Shown here: positions 14,170-27,532 of the stretch, one piece after another | Layout: each line of letters starts with the position of its first letter | How positions within the stretch are numbered: the stretch's first letter is position 1 | From: Pseudogymnoascus verrucosus | Taxonomy: Eukaryota | NCBI GenBank assembly: GCA_001662655.1 | Contig: KV460251.1 | Length of the DNA: 64,000 bases | Direction: 5' to 3' (one strand) | Translations under genes and position numbers: made by a program | The notes under the pieces: generated by a model | The model's input: the letters and a program-made list of their open reading frames with translations, nothing else | What the model was told of the DNA's origin: nothing | Databases searched by the model: none

Positions 14170-14889
14170 TCACGGCTCCGTTTCCATATTTTCGCCCTTG
14201 AAAGTGAGGTGGATTTCTTCTTCGTTCAAATTGCCGCCCTTATATCGGATTCCAACGCCAACCCCGGTAAGGCCTTCTTCATTGGCCCTGTTGTTCCACA
14301 GCATCTGGACGAGCCTCCCTTCACCCGTACACGTGATCGCCCCCATCGGCCAGCGGCTCCTAGCTAAGGCTTCTCTCATGCCCTTTGTGGCCGGCTTTTG
14401 ACTGACTAGCAGTCCAATAACTCCGTTTCCCTGCCATCCGGATGGGGCTCCTGCGAAGGCACCCTCGAGCTCCCTAACAAAATTGGGTCCAGATTTCTTC
14501 GCCAGGGCCTTGCATTGCACCAACACCCTTAAGTTTAAGGGAACCGCGGGTAGTTTCCACTCGCCTAGAAGATCAATACCATAATCTGAAGCCCCTCCAG
14601 TCTGCTGGAGAGAGAAGCCAAGGCGCTTTAGGACCTCCTGGACGGTGTATTCATAATGGGTGCCAACATAAACGGTGCTTTTGGAATCAAGCCCGGAACG
14701 TGAGGCATAAGCTAAATAAGTTTCCAAGTCATGGTGATTGGCGTTCAATCTATCTGGGTATACAATCTCCTTTTCCGTATATTCCCTTGGCTGCTCCTTT
14801 AGCTTTTCCGCCGCCGTTGAGTAACTGTATTTTGAGATCCGGAGCAGGCAAGACCGATGTTGTCGATATAACGGCTGCAGGAGCATCAT
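14170..14889 (-). CDS. RRG7: DUF2034 / RRG7-like mitochondrial PD-(D/E)xK-fold protein
   Basis: STVYVGTHYEY, GGASDYGIDLLGEW, VLVQCK and VRELEGAF; N-terminus resembles a presequence. Confidence 0.8.
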   Translation of the reverse strand: MMLLQPLYRQHRSCLLRISKYSYSTAAEKLKEQPREYTEKEIVYPDRLNANHHDLETYLAYASRSGLDSKSTVYVGTHYEYTVQEVLKRLGFSLQQTGGASDYGIDLLGEWKLPAVPLNLRVLVQCKALAKKSGPNFVRELEGAFAGAPSGWQGNGVIGLLVSQKPATKGMREALARSRWPMGAITCTGEGRLVQMLWNNRANEEGLTGVGVGIRYKGGNLNEEEIHLTFKGENMETEP

Positions 14890-15184
14890 AAAACTGGCTG
14901 GGTATATAAACGGCTTATAATAAAACAACAACTCTCCAACAAGACTTATTTTATTGGACTTCACAAAGCACGGTATTTGGTTTGGAGATAGTAGTCAAGG
15001 GTCACCCAAAAGGAGGCTCCAGCTCTCATGCAAGGCTACCAGTGAACTGCAATCGCCGTTATGCTAAGCCAAGTGCGGCTAGCCTCGTACATCGGACCGC
15101 ACCTTGTCGCAGCCTCACCATCCATCTACCACAGGCAGCTCACAATTGATCGACCAAGGGTTTATATGCCCACCTTGAGAAAAG

Positions 15185-15714
15185 ATGGCTGATCGATTGA
15201 CGCAACTACAAGATGCTGTGGACCAGGTACGGCGCCTTTTTCTGGCTCCCGATTAACCCCGCTAACCCTGATAGCTGGCGCATCAATTTGTTGCCTCGAT
15301 ATACTACGTTCACAGACACCACGAGCTCACGCCTGTCAACCCCACAGACAAGCCAAGGGAGGGACCTATGGACTCTGATGGAAGTCAGTTGCCCCATTTT
15401 TCCCCTTCTACAATCCACCAAGCTTTGGCAGTACGTGAGACTAACTGGCCGCAGTTGAACCATACCCAACAGCGCAGTTCCTTGACGGCCAGCGCGAGCT
15501 CGCAAAGGACCTCATTGTCAGAGAGCAGCAAATCGAGCTCTTGATATCGGCGCTACCGGGGCTTGAGCACAGTGAGCAGAATCAACAGGAGCGCATAAAG
15601 GCGCTGGAAGAAGAACTGGAGAAAGAGGAGAAGAAGAGGCAGGCTGCTGTGAAGGAGAAGGATGTCTTACTGGCAAAGCTGGACGAGGTCATACGGAGCG
15701 TGAGACGACCCTGA
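15185..15714 (+). CDS. MED21: Mediator subunit 21 (Srb7)
   Basis: Manual splicing (introns 15227-15274 and 15384-15454) gives [19 protein letters not shown]...[42 protein letters not shown]...VRRP. Not present in the ORF track. Confidence 0.93.
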
Positions 15715-15947
15715 AATACGGAAATACATGGCATATTAGGGACAGGCTCTATCAATGGCGTTTGGGATACCCCGGTTTGCATCATAGCTATAATTCAACG
15801 GTCTTCGACAATTATAGTAACTCAAAAGGTTCATCCATGGCACTAAATATTGGCTATAGATATTTCTATCAGGCATTGCAACAGCGATTATGTCTATGAA
15901 TGCATCTAAAGCCATCACCAGATTGCTCGGACCCATCTGTCCCTCTT

Positions 15948-16790
15948 CTAATTATCCTCCTTGAAAAATTGTGGGAATATTCTCCGAAGCTCTTCTAAAT
16001 TCGCAACCTGATACTTGCACACCTGCTGCGGCGGGGAAGTGACGCTCGGTTCAACAAGATGGACAGTAGTCCAGCCTAACCGCTGTGATTCTCGACAATT
16101 TAACGCGGAGTCGTCTATAAACCTTCAGTTAAGTCTTCACCAAATGATGAACGAAGACTCACCAACAAAGTAACACTTATTCACGTCACTGATGCCCGCT
16201 TCTCTCATTGCCTTTCGGAACATTTCTTCTGCGGGTTTGCAAATCAACGGTCGTCCAGCATAGTCACAATACGTCAGCCCCTCAAAGAGATCGTCAACCC
16301 CAAGGATTTTCACAACCCTTTTGCCATGGTTGACATAGGCATTAGTAAATAGCCAAAGCTTCACCTTGGTCGTGTCGATGCTTTGGAGGAGCTTCCGTAG
16401 CTGCGGGTCTGGAGACAGGATCTTTTCAAGTGGCAGGGCATCGTCCACCTTCTCGTTGTACTCCAGAGGATCAATCTCGTGGTTGCGCACCAACCCTTCA
16501 ATGGCTAGACCGTACGTCGTGTAATACTCTTGGTGAAGCCTGTATGCTTCGGCGCGGTCCAGTGAAAGGTGTTTCATGAAATAGTCGTCTATCAATTCAG
16601 ACATGTGATCATGAACATTCTTGTCTGTGAAGAACGGTCAGCGATGTGCTTTTCTCACATATGATACATACTAACTCTTTGAATAAAGCTAAGAGACAAA
16701 GATTAGCAATGGCCTGGCATCTAATAACGAGAGACTTACACAGTTGTCAATATCAAAAAAGAAAACTGGCCTTGTGTCTTCTTCCGCCAT
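15948..16790 (-). CDS. SDT1: Pyrimidine 5'-nucleotidase, HAD family (Sdt1/Phm8-like)
   Basis: FFFDIDNCLYSK, YGLAIEGL, WLFTNA, CKP and FVDDS motifs. Exons 16790-16740, 16688-16676, 16624-16163, 16114-15948. Confidence 0.9.
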
Positions 16791-17261
16791 TGCTATAAAG
16801 GTCAGATAGCAGCAAACTCTACTGTGATACCTTTTGCCTCACAAAAAAATACTATAATAGATACGGTTGTCAATAAATATTCCGCAAGGCGACGTCTATG
16901 ATGATATTTATACGTCTGAGCATCGAGCATCCCAGTGACTCCATCGGGGTATCGGTACTCAAGTACTTGGCCACAGACACCAAGGTTGGCGTTTGTCATC
17001 AGCGAATAAGACGTCTCCGCTTACTAGCGGCAATTTGCATCTCGACGGATGCTAGCGTGCGGCTTGCCAAGCGTAGTAGGTTTGGTTGAAGCATCTCGAT
17101 CAGGAAACTCCTCGATATCGCCAAACTTTTTATTGTTTTCTCAACTCTTCACATATTGCAATGCGCACTTGTCCTTGCTTTACCTTGTCTTAGCCATTTG
17201 GCCATTATGTTTGTATTAGTTTGCTTCACATAAACGAACCTTAATCTTTTGAGAAAATCGA

Positions 17262-20060
17262 ATGGCTCAAGGGGCCATAACAACGGCGCCGTCAGTCGCC
17301 GTGGCAGGCTTGACAAGAGACGAACTGCACGAGATACAGGAATATGAAAAAATCATTCGATTTCGCGATATTGTATACTCAGGGGCACATCCTCGGATAC
17401 AGATCCCGCCACACTTGGCTGGGAAGTCGTTGGTGAAGCCGTTATCTCCAAGTACAGTTGTAACGCCATCAAACCAGCCACCGACTCCATACTCGTCAAC
17501 AGCACCAGCTGCGAAAACATATACAGGCAGGGAAAATGGAGGTGATGGAGACAGATTGCTAGATGGGAAGCGATTAATGGCTGGGCGGCCAACAGTTGCC
17601 TTGGGCAAGACTAACAAATCAGCGATCAATCCTATTTTGCTTGAAAAGTCGGCAGACCTCATCAAAGCAGAGATCCAGTTGCACAGGCAGCGTCTCGAAA
17701 GAAGCTTGAGGGATCAAGTTGATCAACGGCGCATTTCTATGAAGGCTGCCTCCCAGACTTCAGAGTCTCTCCCTGATTTCGACCTGTCAGATGTGCTTTC
17801 CAAGGCGTTCACAATTGTGCACCCTTCAACGGCTAGTGAGGCCGGGCAGTCCCAAGGTGGTCGCACGTCAGCAAGTGATTCCTTTGATGATAATACGTTT
17901 TATTCAAGCCAGCATAATACTCCAGAGCACGGAAGAAGTCCTCGCGGGCGCAGAGAGTCTGGTGAGGTCTATACAAGTGCTGTTGCTCCTCTCAATGCTC
18001 CTGATAGTGGACCATCAGTGGTTCGCTATCAAGACGAGTCTCCAAGTTTTATTTCAAAGGATGTCACCCCGTCTAATGTTGTTCCTGGATTACAAGAGCT
18101 TGCTCGTAGCCAGATATCCGCACCTCCACAGTCAACAAGCACTCTTGGTGCTGTTGGCGTAAACCAAAGCAATGAGCTCCTGAAAGCAGCTACTTCCAAC
18201 AAGCCAGCAACTGATATTGCCCGGCCAGTCGCAGAAAAACAAGACTTTGCTCTAACTCCCCACAGCAATGTATCAACGCCACAAGGAGCAACCCCATCGC
18301 GAACTGAAGCCGATGAAAGGAACAGGATTGCTCAGGGCGGCCCTGATGCTGTACCTTCACAGGTGGCAAGCGCCACTTCCCAGAAACGGCGATTAACGCT
18401 GGAGGAACCCGAAACGGTGCGAAATTTCAACCTCTCCCCTGTCGCACCTCAACCAGCGCGTGTATCTCCTCTCGCCACTGCTCGGGCACCGGTGATATCC
18501 CAAGAAGCGTTTACGTTACAGGAGGAACCTATACTCTCCCCGGTGCACGAAGCAGGACCCAGTTCAGCAACTGGCGGAATGCCTAAGATCTCCAAGCGGG
18601 CCGAACGCAGAAAGGGGAAGGGCAAAAGCGTTGACACAGGTAATAACCCAGCTTCTGCAATTGCTACCCCAGCCTCTCCCTACATAAAACCCGAGCCAAA
18701 GTCTCCATCGCCATTCCAGTCGGCACCATTGCCACGTCCACACAAAAGGCAGAGGCAGACAATGCAGCAAGGTGCCGGACTCGACTACGATGAGCCGGCA
18801 GAAGATACGATTATGATGCAGCCTGTCGCCCCTCGCACCAGAGATGTAAGACCAAGGCCAGTCCAGAGAAGCGGCGAGCGACTTGGCGAAGCAATGGAAA
18901 TCGATCAACCCCAACGTCACCGAATGGCCAGAGACGAAGCGCCCAGCCGCCGAATTATCAGCCAAGAAATATACAGGGATCCACCATCTCCTGCGATGTA
19001 CGCGGTGCCTTATCCACAATACGAACAGCGGCCCGTGAGAGCTAGTTCGCGAATGGTGGCGGATACATATTATCAGGAACCTCCTGCATACTACAGAGAG
19101 CCACCAGCCGCGCCTGGAGCTGTTATTGAAATCGATCCCAGCGACAGGTCCTTGTCCCCTATTCTCATGGCGCCGCCGCCCCGAATGGCACCCTCTCGCA
19201 TCGTCGTCGATGAGTACGGCCGCCAGTATTACACAGCTGCACCGAACCCGCCTCGACAGTCTGTCGCGCCACAGCCAAGGATTATCGACGACAATTACTA
19301 CTACGATCGTCCCCCACCAAGGGCAATTCGCCGTCCGGTCCAACATGCATACGAAGACGACGGAGTTATCTACCGGCGCGCATCCCCGCAATACGTGCCC
19401 CAACGCCGCGTCATCACCCTACCTGAGAACCTGGCAGAACCCCAATATCGCCAGAGGGAATACTCGACACGCCCAGTAGCCACACGACCACCACCAGAAG
19501 AATACGCCGCGCCTGGAGATAGAGAACCCATTGAGATCCGCCAGAGGGAATATTCTACAAGACCACCTCCAGCCAGACAACCCATCGACGACTACCTGCG
19601 CGTCGCGGAAGCCCCGCCGCGGCGCCAACCTACGCATTTCGAGGACCAACCACCGCACGAGTACCTCCCCCAACGCGTAGCAAGTGTCCGCCCTGAGTCC
19701 TTCCGCCACGAGATGCGCGGCGAGTACATACCGCGCGCCCAGAGCATCCGTCCAGAGCCCATTCACCGTGAGTACGCGGGTAGTGTGCGGCCCGAGGGCC
19801 GGAGAGGGGGTGGGGAAGTCCAATCTCAGATTCTTAGGGAGTATAGTGTTCGGCCTGGTGAACAGGAGGTGGTGAGGCGTGAGTATTTGCCCGCGAGGAC
19901 AATGGATGAGTATCAGCATCAGCAGCAGCCGATGGGGAGGCCGATGGCGAGGAGGGTGGTGGAGGAGCAGGAGTATATACCGTGGCGCCCGCAGGAGAGG
20001 GAGGTGTATGGCGGCGGTGGTGGTGGTGAGGATACCCAGCGGGATGTGATCTACAAGTAA
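17262..20060 (+). CDS. Hypothetical 932-aa Pro/Arg/Tyr-rich, largely disordered protein
   Basis: Long uninterrupted ORF with a short helical block (INPILLEKSADLIKAEIQLHRQRLERSL) and repeated REYS(T/V)RP motifs. Confidence 0.8.
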   Translation: MAQGAITTAPSVAVAGLTRDELHEIQEYEKIIRFRDIVYSGAHPRIQIPPHLAGKSLVKPLSPSTVVTPSNQPPTPYSSTAPAAKTYTGRENGGDGDRLLDGKRLMAGRPTVALGKTNKSAINPILLEKSADLIKAEIQLHRQRLERSLRDQVDQRRISMKAASQTSESLPDFDLSDVLSKAFTIVHPSTASEAGQSQGGRTSASDSFDDNTFYSSQHNTPEHGRSPRGRRESGEVYTSAVAPLNAPDSGPSVVRYQDESPSFISKDVTPSNVVPGLQELARSQISAPPQSTSTLGAVGVNQSNELLKAATSNKPATDIARPVAEKQDFALTPHSNVSTPQGATPSRTEADERNRIAQGGPDAVPSQVASATSQKRRLTLEEPETVRNFNLSPVAPQPARVSPLATARAPVISQEAFTLQEEPILSPVHEAGPSSATGGMPKISKRAERRKGKGKSVDTGNNPASAIATPASPYIKPEPKSPSPFQSAPLPRPHKRQRQTMQQGAGLDYDEPAEDTIMMQPVAPRTRDVRPRPVQRSGERLGEAMEIDQPQRHRMARDEAPSRRIISQEIYRDPPSPAMYAVPYPQYEQRPVRASSRMVADTYYQEPPAYYREPPAAPGAVIEIDPSDRSLSPILMAPPPRMAPSRIVVDEYGRQYYTAAPNPPRQSVAPQPRIIDDNYYYDRPPPRAIRRPVQHAYEDDGVIYRRASPQYVPQRRVITLPENLAEPQYRQREYSTRPVATRPPPEEYAAPGDREPIEIRQREYSTRPPPARQPIDDYLRVAEAPPRRQPTHFEDQPPHEYLPQRVASVRPESFRHEMRGEYIPRAQSIRPEPIHREYAGSVRPEGRRGGGEVQSQILREYSVRPGEQEVVRREYLPARTMDEYQHQQQPMGRPMARRVVEEQEYIPWRPQEREVYGGGGGGEDTQRDVIYK

Positions 20061-20701
20061 TAGTGGAGCGGCGGCGGCAAGAGAGGCGAGGCGAGTCGAG
20101 GCGAGACGCCGCTGGCGTAGGTGTGTATTGTAGGAGATACTGTGCCGGGAAGGGGCTTGTAGTGTTATGTACAGTACTGTGTGTGGTATAGGTTTAAGAA
20201 ATAACATGAGAGTCGTGAGAGAAAGATTTATGTTTATTGTGTATGTGTGTATGTATTGTCTACTGGTTTATGGAAATTGTTCTGTGTATGTGTATGGAAT
20301 TGTTATCGTAGCCCATGATGGTGAATGTCTGTTTACCAATAGTACGTGTTTAGAACATCAGTATGCCGGGATCCACAGGTGTCATTGGGCTTCGGGGCCG
20401 CTGCGTGCAGCGAGAGGTCTCAAACATTGCTTCTTACCATGCGTGCGTGCGTGTGTGCGTACATGTGTGGGGATAACAATGCAAATGGCATGACAACGCA
20501 TGGTGATTGATGCGCGCGCCGTTGGAGGAGGGGGAGGGAGGGAGGGACTGAGTAGCCTGACTTGACTTGACTGACTGACTCTTAGTGATACCAGAGTTTG
20601 GAGGAGGGGTGGAAATACCAGACTTGAAGTGGTAACCAAAGTTTTTAGGCATGTAGATATAGGCTCTACTCCAGCCCGTTAAATAGCTTGACGCTGACCG
20701 T

Positions 20702-20741
20702 GAAGAAGAAAAGAAGAAGAAGAGGAAGAAGAAGAAGAAGA
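20702..20741. repeat. (GAA)n microsatellite
   Basis: Imperfect GAA run seen directly in the sequence. Confidence 0.85.
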
Positions 20742-21710
20742 TCCGGCTTACAGCATCGCATACACTGGTCTACATACAGCCCATCTACTCCCTCTAGTAC
20801 CTTTATAGTGGCAGTTTTCCCGTCGTGTTCAGCTGCTATGGTCTCAGAATCTCAGTGCGGTCTCTCCAGTGGTCTGGGTTCATTCCTCCGCGGCCGCCGC
20901 GTCAAGCTCCGATCCATCCCAAAGCCTGGAGCTAGGGTTAGACACACCCGGACACAGCAGGTTTAGGAGGATTTAGCAGGATTGGCGGCGTGGGCTAGTT
21001 GTTCGCTACGGTCGGGGGGATTGTTATTGGTTGGATTTGAGGAGTGGGGACTGTCAACCTTTCTTGCTTGGGGGGGTGAGAGGAGTTGTGAGAGGATGGG
21101 ATGGGGTGGATGGATGGATCTGAGAGGATGGTGGTGGGTGGATGTGAGAGGATGGATGGATGGGTCCTTACTGTATGTATGGTTATGGTGTGGTGTGGTT
21201 TTTTGTGGTTTTGTGGTGGTAGTGGTAGTAGTGTTAGTAGTTAGGTGTGGAAGTGGGAGTGGAGTAAGTAATACTGGTACCATACTCTTATATGGTGGTT
21301 ATACTGTAACTCAAAGTACTTTCCTTTTACTTTGCTTGCTTTACTTTGCTACTAACTACCTACCTACTACACTTTACTATAGCCTTCCTTCTCTTACTGC
21401 CCTTTCTGCCCTTCTGCCGTTGACCCGCATTTCGATATTCCCAAGCGATCAAGCGAGGATTACATACCTTCGTATAATTCCCATTCTCCATATCACATCT
21501 ATCTCTATCTCTTGTCACTCACCCCCAGCCGCCCATCCGCCCAGCCCTTATCCACGCCCGCTCCTCTATCTACAACTCCCATCCCCCCCATCCCGACAAA
21601 TAAAAGAGCGAGCGAGCGAGCGAGTCCGCCAGCTAGCGAGCTAGAGCACACGACGAAATCCTTCCAACAACCACCCACCCCAACCATCACCACCACCACC
21701 CTCCCTCGCC

Positions 21711-24700
21711 ATGAACAAACTCGCCAACATGCGGCATTGGTCCGAGAAGATGGGACCCGGCTTCGGCATGTCGCGCCCCAACCCCAACATGCCTCCCAAC
21801 ATGCCTCCCGGCGTGGCACCACCCGCACAACACCACAAGGGCTCACACAACGGCGGTCCCTCGCCCATCCCCCAAACCGCCGCCGACGCATTCATCCACT
21901 ACTCGTTCAACGTGCCCTTCGCCTCGGATCTCGAGGGTCCCATAATAGAGGATATCGTGCACGCGACGCCGGATGCCTGCGAGAGGTGGACGCACCCGGA
22001 GTCGGCGCCGGATGGGGTGCCGGTGCATGAGCTGCCGGTGCATGCGATGAATGTGTTGAATCTGAGGAAGCTGTGTAGGGAGATTACGAATGGGCCGTTG
22101 CCGATTGAGGCGCATGTTATTTGCTCGGAGCCGAAGAGGGTGAAGGGCGAGATTGTGAATGTGTGTCTCTCGGGTAGCCCGGAGTTGGTGCAGAAGAGTC
22201 GGGAGACGATATTGAATGATATTCCGCTGGCATTGGTAGGTAGCGGATGGGACTGACTGTTGGCTGCATCTGAGCTAATTTTTTTGGTGTAGCGGTGCTC
22301 GGTGGTGGATATTGATGGCGAGTTGGTGCTTGATCAGGCGGGGACGGCGTTGAAGACTTTCGTGATCGAGCATCTGGATGAGGTGTCGGAGTTCTGTGGT
22401 GTCGATATCTTTCTTCTAGGGCCGAAGTTCAATACCATTGCGTCGGGGATCAACGGGAACGGCGAGGCGGGTCAGGATCAGAGGTGGAGGGTTGCGATAT
22501 ACGGCGATATGGAGAGTGCGGAACATGCAAAGACACGAGTTCTGGTCTTCATCGACAGACTACTGAGGCGAAGCGTTGACGCCATGCTGCTGGAGCTCTC
22601 GTTACACACCGTCATCTGCGGCAGGTCGAGGAAGAATATCAAGCATATTGAGTCGACGACGAATACGGCTATTTATTTCCCGCCGCCGTTTTCGCAGGTC
22701 TATAGATACTGTCATCCTGGTGCGAAACGCAGGAATCCGGAGGAGATATTCATTACGGGGGAGACGCCACAGGATATTGCGTTGGCGAAGCAGAAGATCC
22801 ATGAGTTGGTGCAGCGGACGAGGCTGTTCATGAAGGACTGCATGGTCTCGCCGGCCAAGATCGATAGCATCCTGCTTGGTCGGCTCGATAAGGTCCGGAA
22901 GATCATGGAGACGAACGGCACTTTCGTTTTGTTCCCGCAGCTTGGGGCTCAGCGCAACTTGGTGCGGATTCAAGGTGTTGAAGGTCTTCATGTCGAGAGG
23001 ACCATTCGCGATATTATGGGACTCGTAAGTGCTACTCGCGGTTCATATTTTCACGTTTACTAACGTCCTACAGACTGGCCAGTTCTACAGTGCATCGTGG
23101 TGGATTCAAGCACCACACGGTGGACGCATGCCATCTCCACAAGAGACACGGTCCATGCTACCTGACATCTGCGCCAACTCCGACGCCGACCTAACGCTGG
23201 ACAAGTTAACGTTTTCCATCACTGGCTCCGACGATGCCGTCAAGGATGCACTAGCTGTTATCTCCGAAATCCCCTTCGTGGCCCGCTCCCAGTACCAGAT
23301 CCGAGTGAAGATCGAGCTCGCAAACGAGCACAAGGAGTTCGTCAGCGGCAAGAAGAACGGCAAGATCAACAAGATCATGGGCCAGAGCAGCGTGCAGATC
23401 ATCTTCGACGGCTTCAACGAGTACAACTTCAACATCGATGTCTGCTCGAGCCAGTACGAGGCTATGAAGACGGGACTATCTCTTGTTGAGCAAGAAATGC
23501 CCGCTTCGATATCCTTCCACGTTCCCGACCAGTATCACAAGCGCATTATCGGAATCGGCGGCCAACATATCCAGCGTATTATGAAGAAGCACTCCGTCTT
23601 TGTCAAGTTCTCGAATGCCATGGATCGTGGAGGCATCGGTCGCGACGAGGACGACATCAAGGTCGACAACGTCATCTGCCGTACGCCCGCTCGCAATGCT
23701 GGAGCACTTGAGCTCGTCAAAGCCGAGATTCTGGACATGGTCGACCGTGTTGATTCCGAGTTCACCAACCAGACTGTCAACGTCAACAGACTGTACCATC
23801 GCCAGCTCATCGCACGTATGGGCCAACTCGACGAGCTCGAGAAAAAGTGGAACTGCAAGATCATGTTCCCTAGCACCGAGCAGGCCAGCGACGACGTCAT
23901 TGTGTCCGGCCCGGAATGGCAGGTCCCACACTGCGTGGACGAGTTCTTAGGCATGGTTCCCGATACCCACGACCTTGTCCTCGCCAGCTCGCCCGAGCTG
24001 CTCAAGTTCCTCGAGTCAGAGGAATTCGTCAAAGAGACGATCCCCAAGATGAAAGCCCAATACGTCGTCGAGCTACAAGTCAAAAAGGACCCCGCCGAGG
24101 TGACCGAAGACGGCAAGCCCACCGTAACCCTCATGTGGTCCTTCACGCGCAACAACGCCGGCGGCGTCCGCGACGCAATGGACTACCTAATCCAACTCCT
24201 CCTCCCCGCCGGCGCCGAAGTCAACATCGTCAAGGGCGCCATCCCCCGCCCCAAATCCGACTCCTTCGAGGAATCCCTCCGCTTCTTCGACTCCAAGCTC
24301 CTGCAACACGCACCCGCACCCGTCGCTGGCACTGACTCCCCTACTAAATCCGCGTTCAACGAAGATGTCTCCCGGGAACGCAGTAATATCTTCGATAAGC
24401 TGCGGAAGCCGGGGAGTATGACGTCTATCTCGGCGTTTTTGGATCGCCGCAAGAACTCCTCGCAGTCTCCTGCTGCGACGAGTAGTTTCTTCAAGAATGG
24501 ATCGAGCAATGTGTCGAAGTCGTCGTTGATCTCAGTCGAGTCCACGAGGAGCTTTAATGCGAATCGCGATCCGTGGAATGATAGTGGTGTTAACCTCCCC
24601 GACGATGAAGGGGGGGCGACGTGGTCGAGGCCCTTCTCTAATGGGAATGGGAGTATTCACCTTAACCAATCTGGGCATCATGGTGATACGACGCCAAAGC

Positions 24701-24792
24701 ACAATATGAGGATCTCGACGGATAGCGGGAGGCCTTCGACTTCGAATTCGACGAACTCGGGGTTCCCGGGCCCGATTGGGACGCCTCGTTAA
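21711..24792 (+). CDS. Multi-KH-domain RNA-binding protein (Mug60/YLL032C-like)
   Basis: GxxG KH loops VSGKKNGKINKI and IIGIGGQHIQRI, plus the variant ICGRSRKNIKHI; introns 22236-22292 and 23025-23073. Confidence 0.85.
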
Positions 24793-25182
24793 ATTTGTTT
24801 CTCTACTCATCTTCTCACCACCGTTTTTTTCTCACTTGATGGAAATGGTGTGTGTTGTGTGATGAGAGAATTTTTATTTTCACACCAACTCGACTCTCTC
24901 CTCTTTACTCTATTCTCAGTCTCTCTTCCTTACCGGCTGGATATACCCTGGGAAAACTCGCGTACAACTCAAAATACCCCCCCCAAACATTTGGTTTTTG
25001 TTCTGCTTTTTATTTCGGATATCATCTCTTTTTTCTCCCTCTTTGGTGTTTATGCTTGATTTTTTTCGTGCTTTTTACAGTTTTGTTTTTGTGTGTGTCG
25101 GTGCTACTCTACTCGTTTATACCTTGGTCGTCGTCGAAGTCCTTTTTTCTTCGTTGAAAAAAAAAAGCTGCTGTGTAGACCG

Positions 25183-25203
25183 GTGTGTGTGTGTGTGTGT
25201 GTG
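25183..25203. repeat. (GT)10 microsatellite downstream of the KH gene
   Basis: Seen directly in the sequence. Confidence 0.9.
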
Positions 25204-26292
25204 CGGCATGTTAAGTTGATACCAGTGGACGGTGTGTGGGTGCAGAGGGAATACCTATTTGCTTGTTATTTGCGCAAAGGCGGACGGAAATGGATGGGTG
25301 CGGGCGGATGGGGTATCCGCGTCGCCTGGGGTCATGATGCATGATGGGGAAGGATACGCTTCTTATGAGAGGGCGATGGGACGGGGAAGGGGATGCGGAT
25401 GAAGACGCTGGCGGAGAACATTTACGAACGGGGTGATAGAAATGAGCAGCACTCCATCCATAGTCAAATGATAGATGCACGTCTAGACTCGTCATGAAAT
25501 ATAAAAATCCCATGTTTTCGAACTCATCTGCTGAAGGCTTACTTTATTTCCTGTCTCTATGCGAAGATGCTTGGTGCAAACTTAGAAGACCATCGAGCGC
25601 TGAGAAGAGGAATGCCTGCTTTCAATTAATCTCTAGGAACGTCTCAATATAAAATCCCCTTCGTAAATCTCCGACGAAGTCTGATCTCGACATAACACAA
25701 CTCACTATATGTCACGTGTCAATTTACTCATCCCAGCCTGAACAACCAACTATGACGTATCCCCGACAGGGATCCACAATCCCAGCTCTCCACAACTTTC
25801 TACAGAAAAAAAAAGTCCCAGCCCGCCGCCCTGCACTGCCCTGTTAGGAACCCATCCCGAATTAAATTTCTGGTCTAATTAGGTATATCTATCACCAACG
25901 CACCTATCAGCACGGTCAATATCGATGTAGTGGGTAAGTGGAATGCGACCTTTACGCCGCGGGCTGTGCCTCGGTATGTGTGGGTTGTGGATTTGATGTG
26001 GTTTCTTTGTTGGCATGGCTTGCTTTGTGACAGCATGAGCGCTGGCGGCCAGGGGGGCAGATCCGGTTTTCGTGGGTCTTGTTGATCTCTCAAGGTATAT
26101 AGGATAGTCACATATATATCTACGCGTTCTTTCTTAGTTTGTGTATTATGACTCCGTAATTCAGAAACTATCCAAACTCTGCTGGGTGTGATAGTAATCT
26201 TTTATCTATCTATCGACGGCCAAACCGATCTCTGCTCTGCGCGCATCTATTAGTATTCACAGTGAGGTCGATAGGTCCTGCCACTACCCAAG

Positions 26293-27352
26293 ATGCGCTT
26301 CTCAGTTATCGTCCCCCTCATCTGCACGCTCGCGGCTTTCGTGCTGTCGATGCTCTGTCTTTTTGCGGGTTCGAAACCGAACTTCATGCAAGACTTTGAG
26401 ATTATCACTGTACTTCCCCCCTCTCTCCTTCCCCCCCCCCCTTTTTCCCCCTGCCATCCCTCAATAAACACAATAACTAACCTTTCCCCCCCCAGCTCAA
26501 CACCTCCAGCCTCGGCCACGACACCTCTCCCACAACCTCCAGCACCTCCTCCTCACCAACCTCAATCGGGTCATGGCTCAACAACATCGCCGGCGATCCC
26601 AAGGGGGATATCATGAACGAATTCAACGAGATCCGTGGTGATGTGGCGGATAAGCTCGCGGAGAAGCTGGGGATCCATCAGTGGTATAACTTGCACATGA
26701 CGGATATGTGTATGGGCACCTACACGCCGAGGGCGACGGATAGGGGGGCGAAGATGAATGTTAGTGGGTGTACGCCTATGAAGGCTATGTGTATGTCATC
26801 TCCCTTCCCCCTTTTCCGTAAAGTAGTACACCGGCGAACAGTGGCTGATTCCGACGTATAGACCACTTCGACCCAACCTCCCAACTCCAGAAAGAACTTG
26901 ATTCCGGCCCCCTAGCAGGAAAAATCAACCTCGCCGACCTCGGCTACTCAGACGACATCAAGAACGGCATCAAAGCCTTCAACATAGCCATGACCGCCAT
27001 GTTCATCCTCTACTGCATCGGCGCCGCCGCCTCCGGGCTCTGCATCATCCTCGCCTTGATCTCCTTCTTCTCCACAGGCCGCTTGACATCATGTCTCAAT
27101 TTCCTGTTGGCGATCGTGGCGTTCCTGGCGCTGGCGATATCGAGCGCGATCGTGACGGCGATTATTGTCAAGGCGACGGAGGTGGTGAATCAGTATGGTA
27201 ATGATGTCGGGTTGTATGCGTATAAGGGACACAAGTTTTTGGCGATGACGTGGGGGGGGACGGCGGCGATGGGGGTGGCGATGGGGGCGTGGGTGGTTAT
27301 TTTTTGTATGGGGAGGAAGGATTCAAGGAGGGCTAGTGAGAAGCCTTATTAG
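26293..27352 (+). CDS. SUR7/PalI-family membrane protein
   Basis: N-terminal TM (LAAFVLSMLCLFAG), luminal GIHQWYNLHMTDMCMGTY...C motif and three C-terminal TMs; two introns at about 26410-26495 and 26791-26861. Confidence 0.82.
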
Positions 27353-27532
27353 GGGTTTTGGGGGGAAGAGGCGCGGGAGATGAGAGTTGCTGAGAATCCC
27401 CTTTATTTGTTTGGAATGAGGGGTTTGGGGAGATAGGTTGTCGAGAAGTCTCCTGAAGGCCGTGGAGGATGAAGAGTAGACGAAGAAACGTTGTCGTAGG
27501 AGTTAGATAGATACCCATTAGTAATTAACCAG

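Noticed and set aside
20688..22030. Several 90-220 aa ORFs upstream of the KH gene
   Set aside because: They arise from simple repeats and G/T- or C/A-skewed low-complexity sequence; no protein features.
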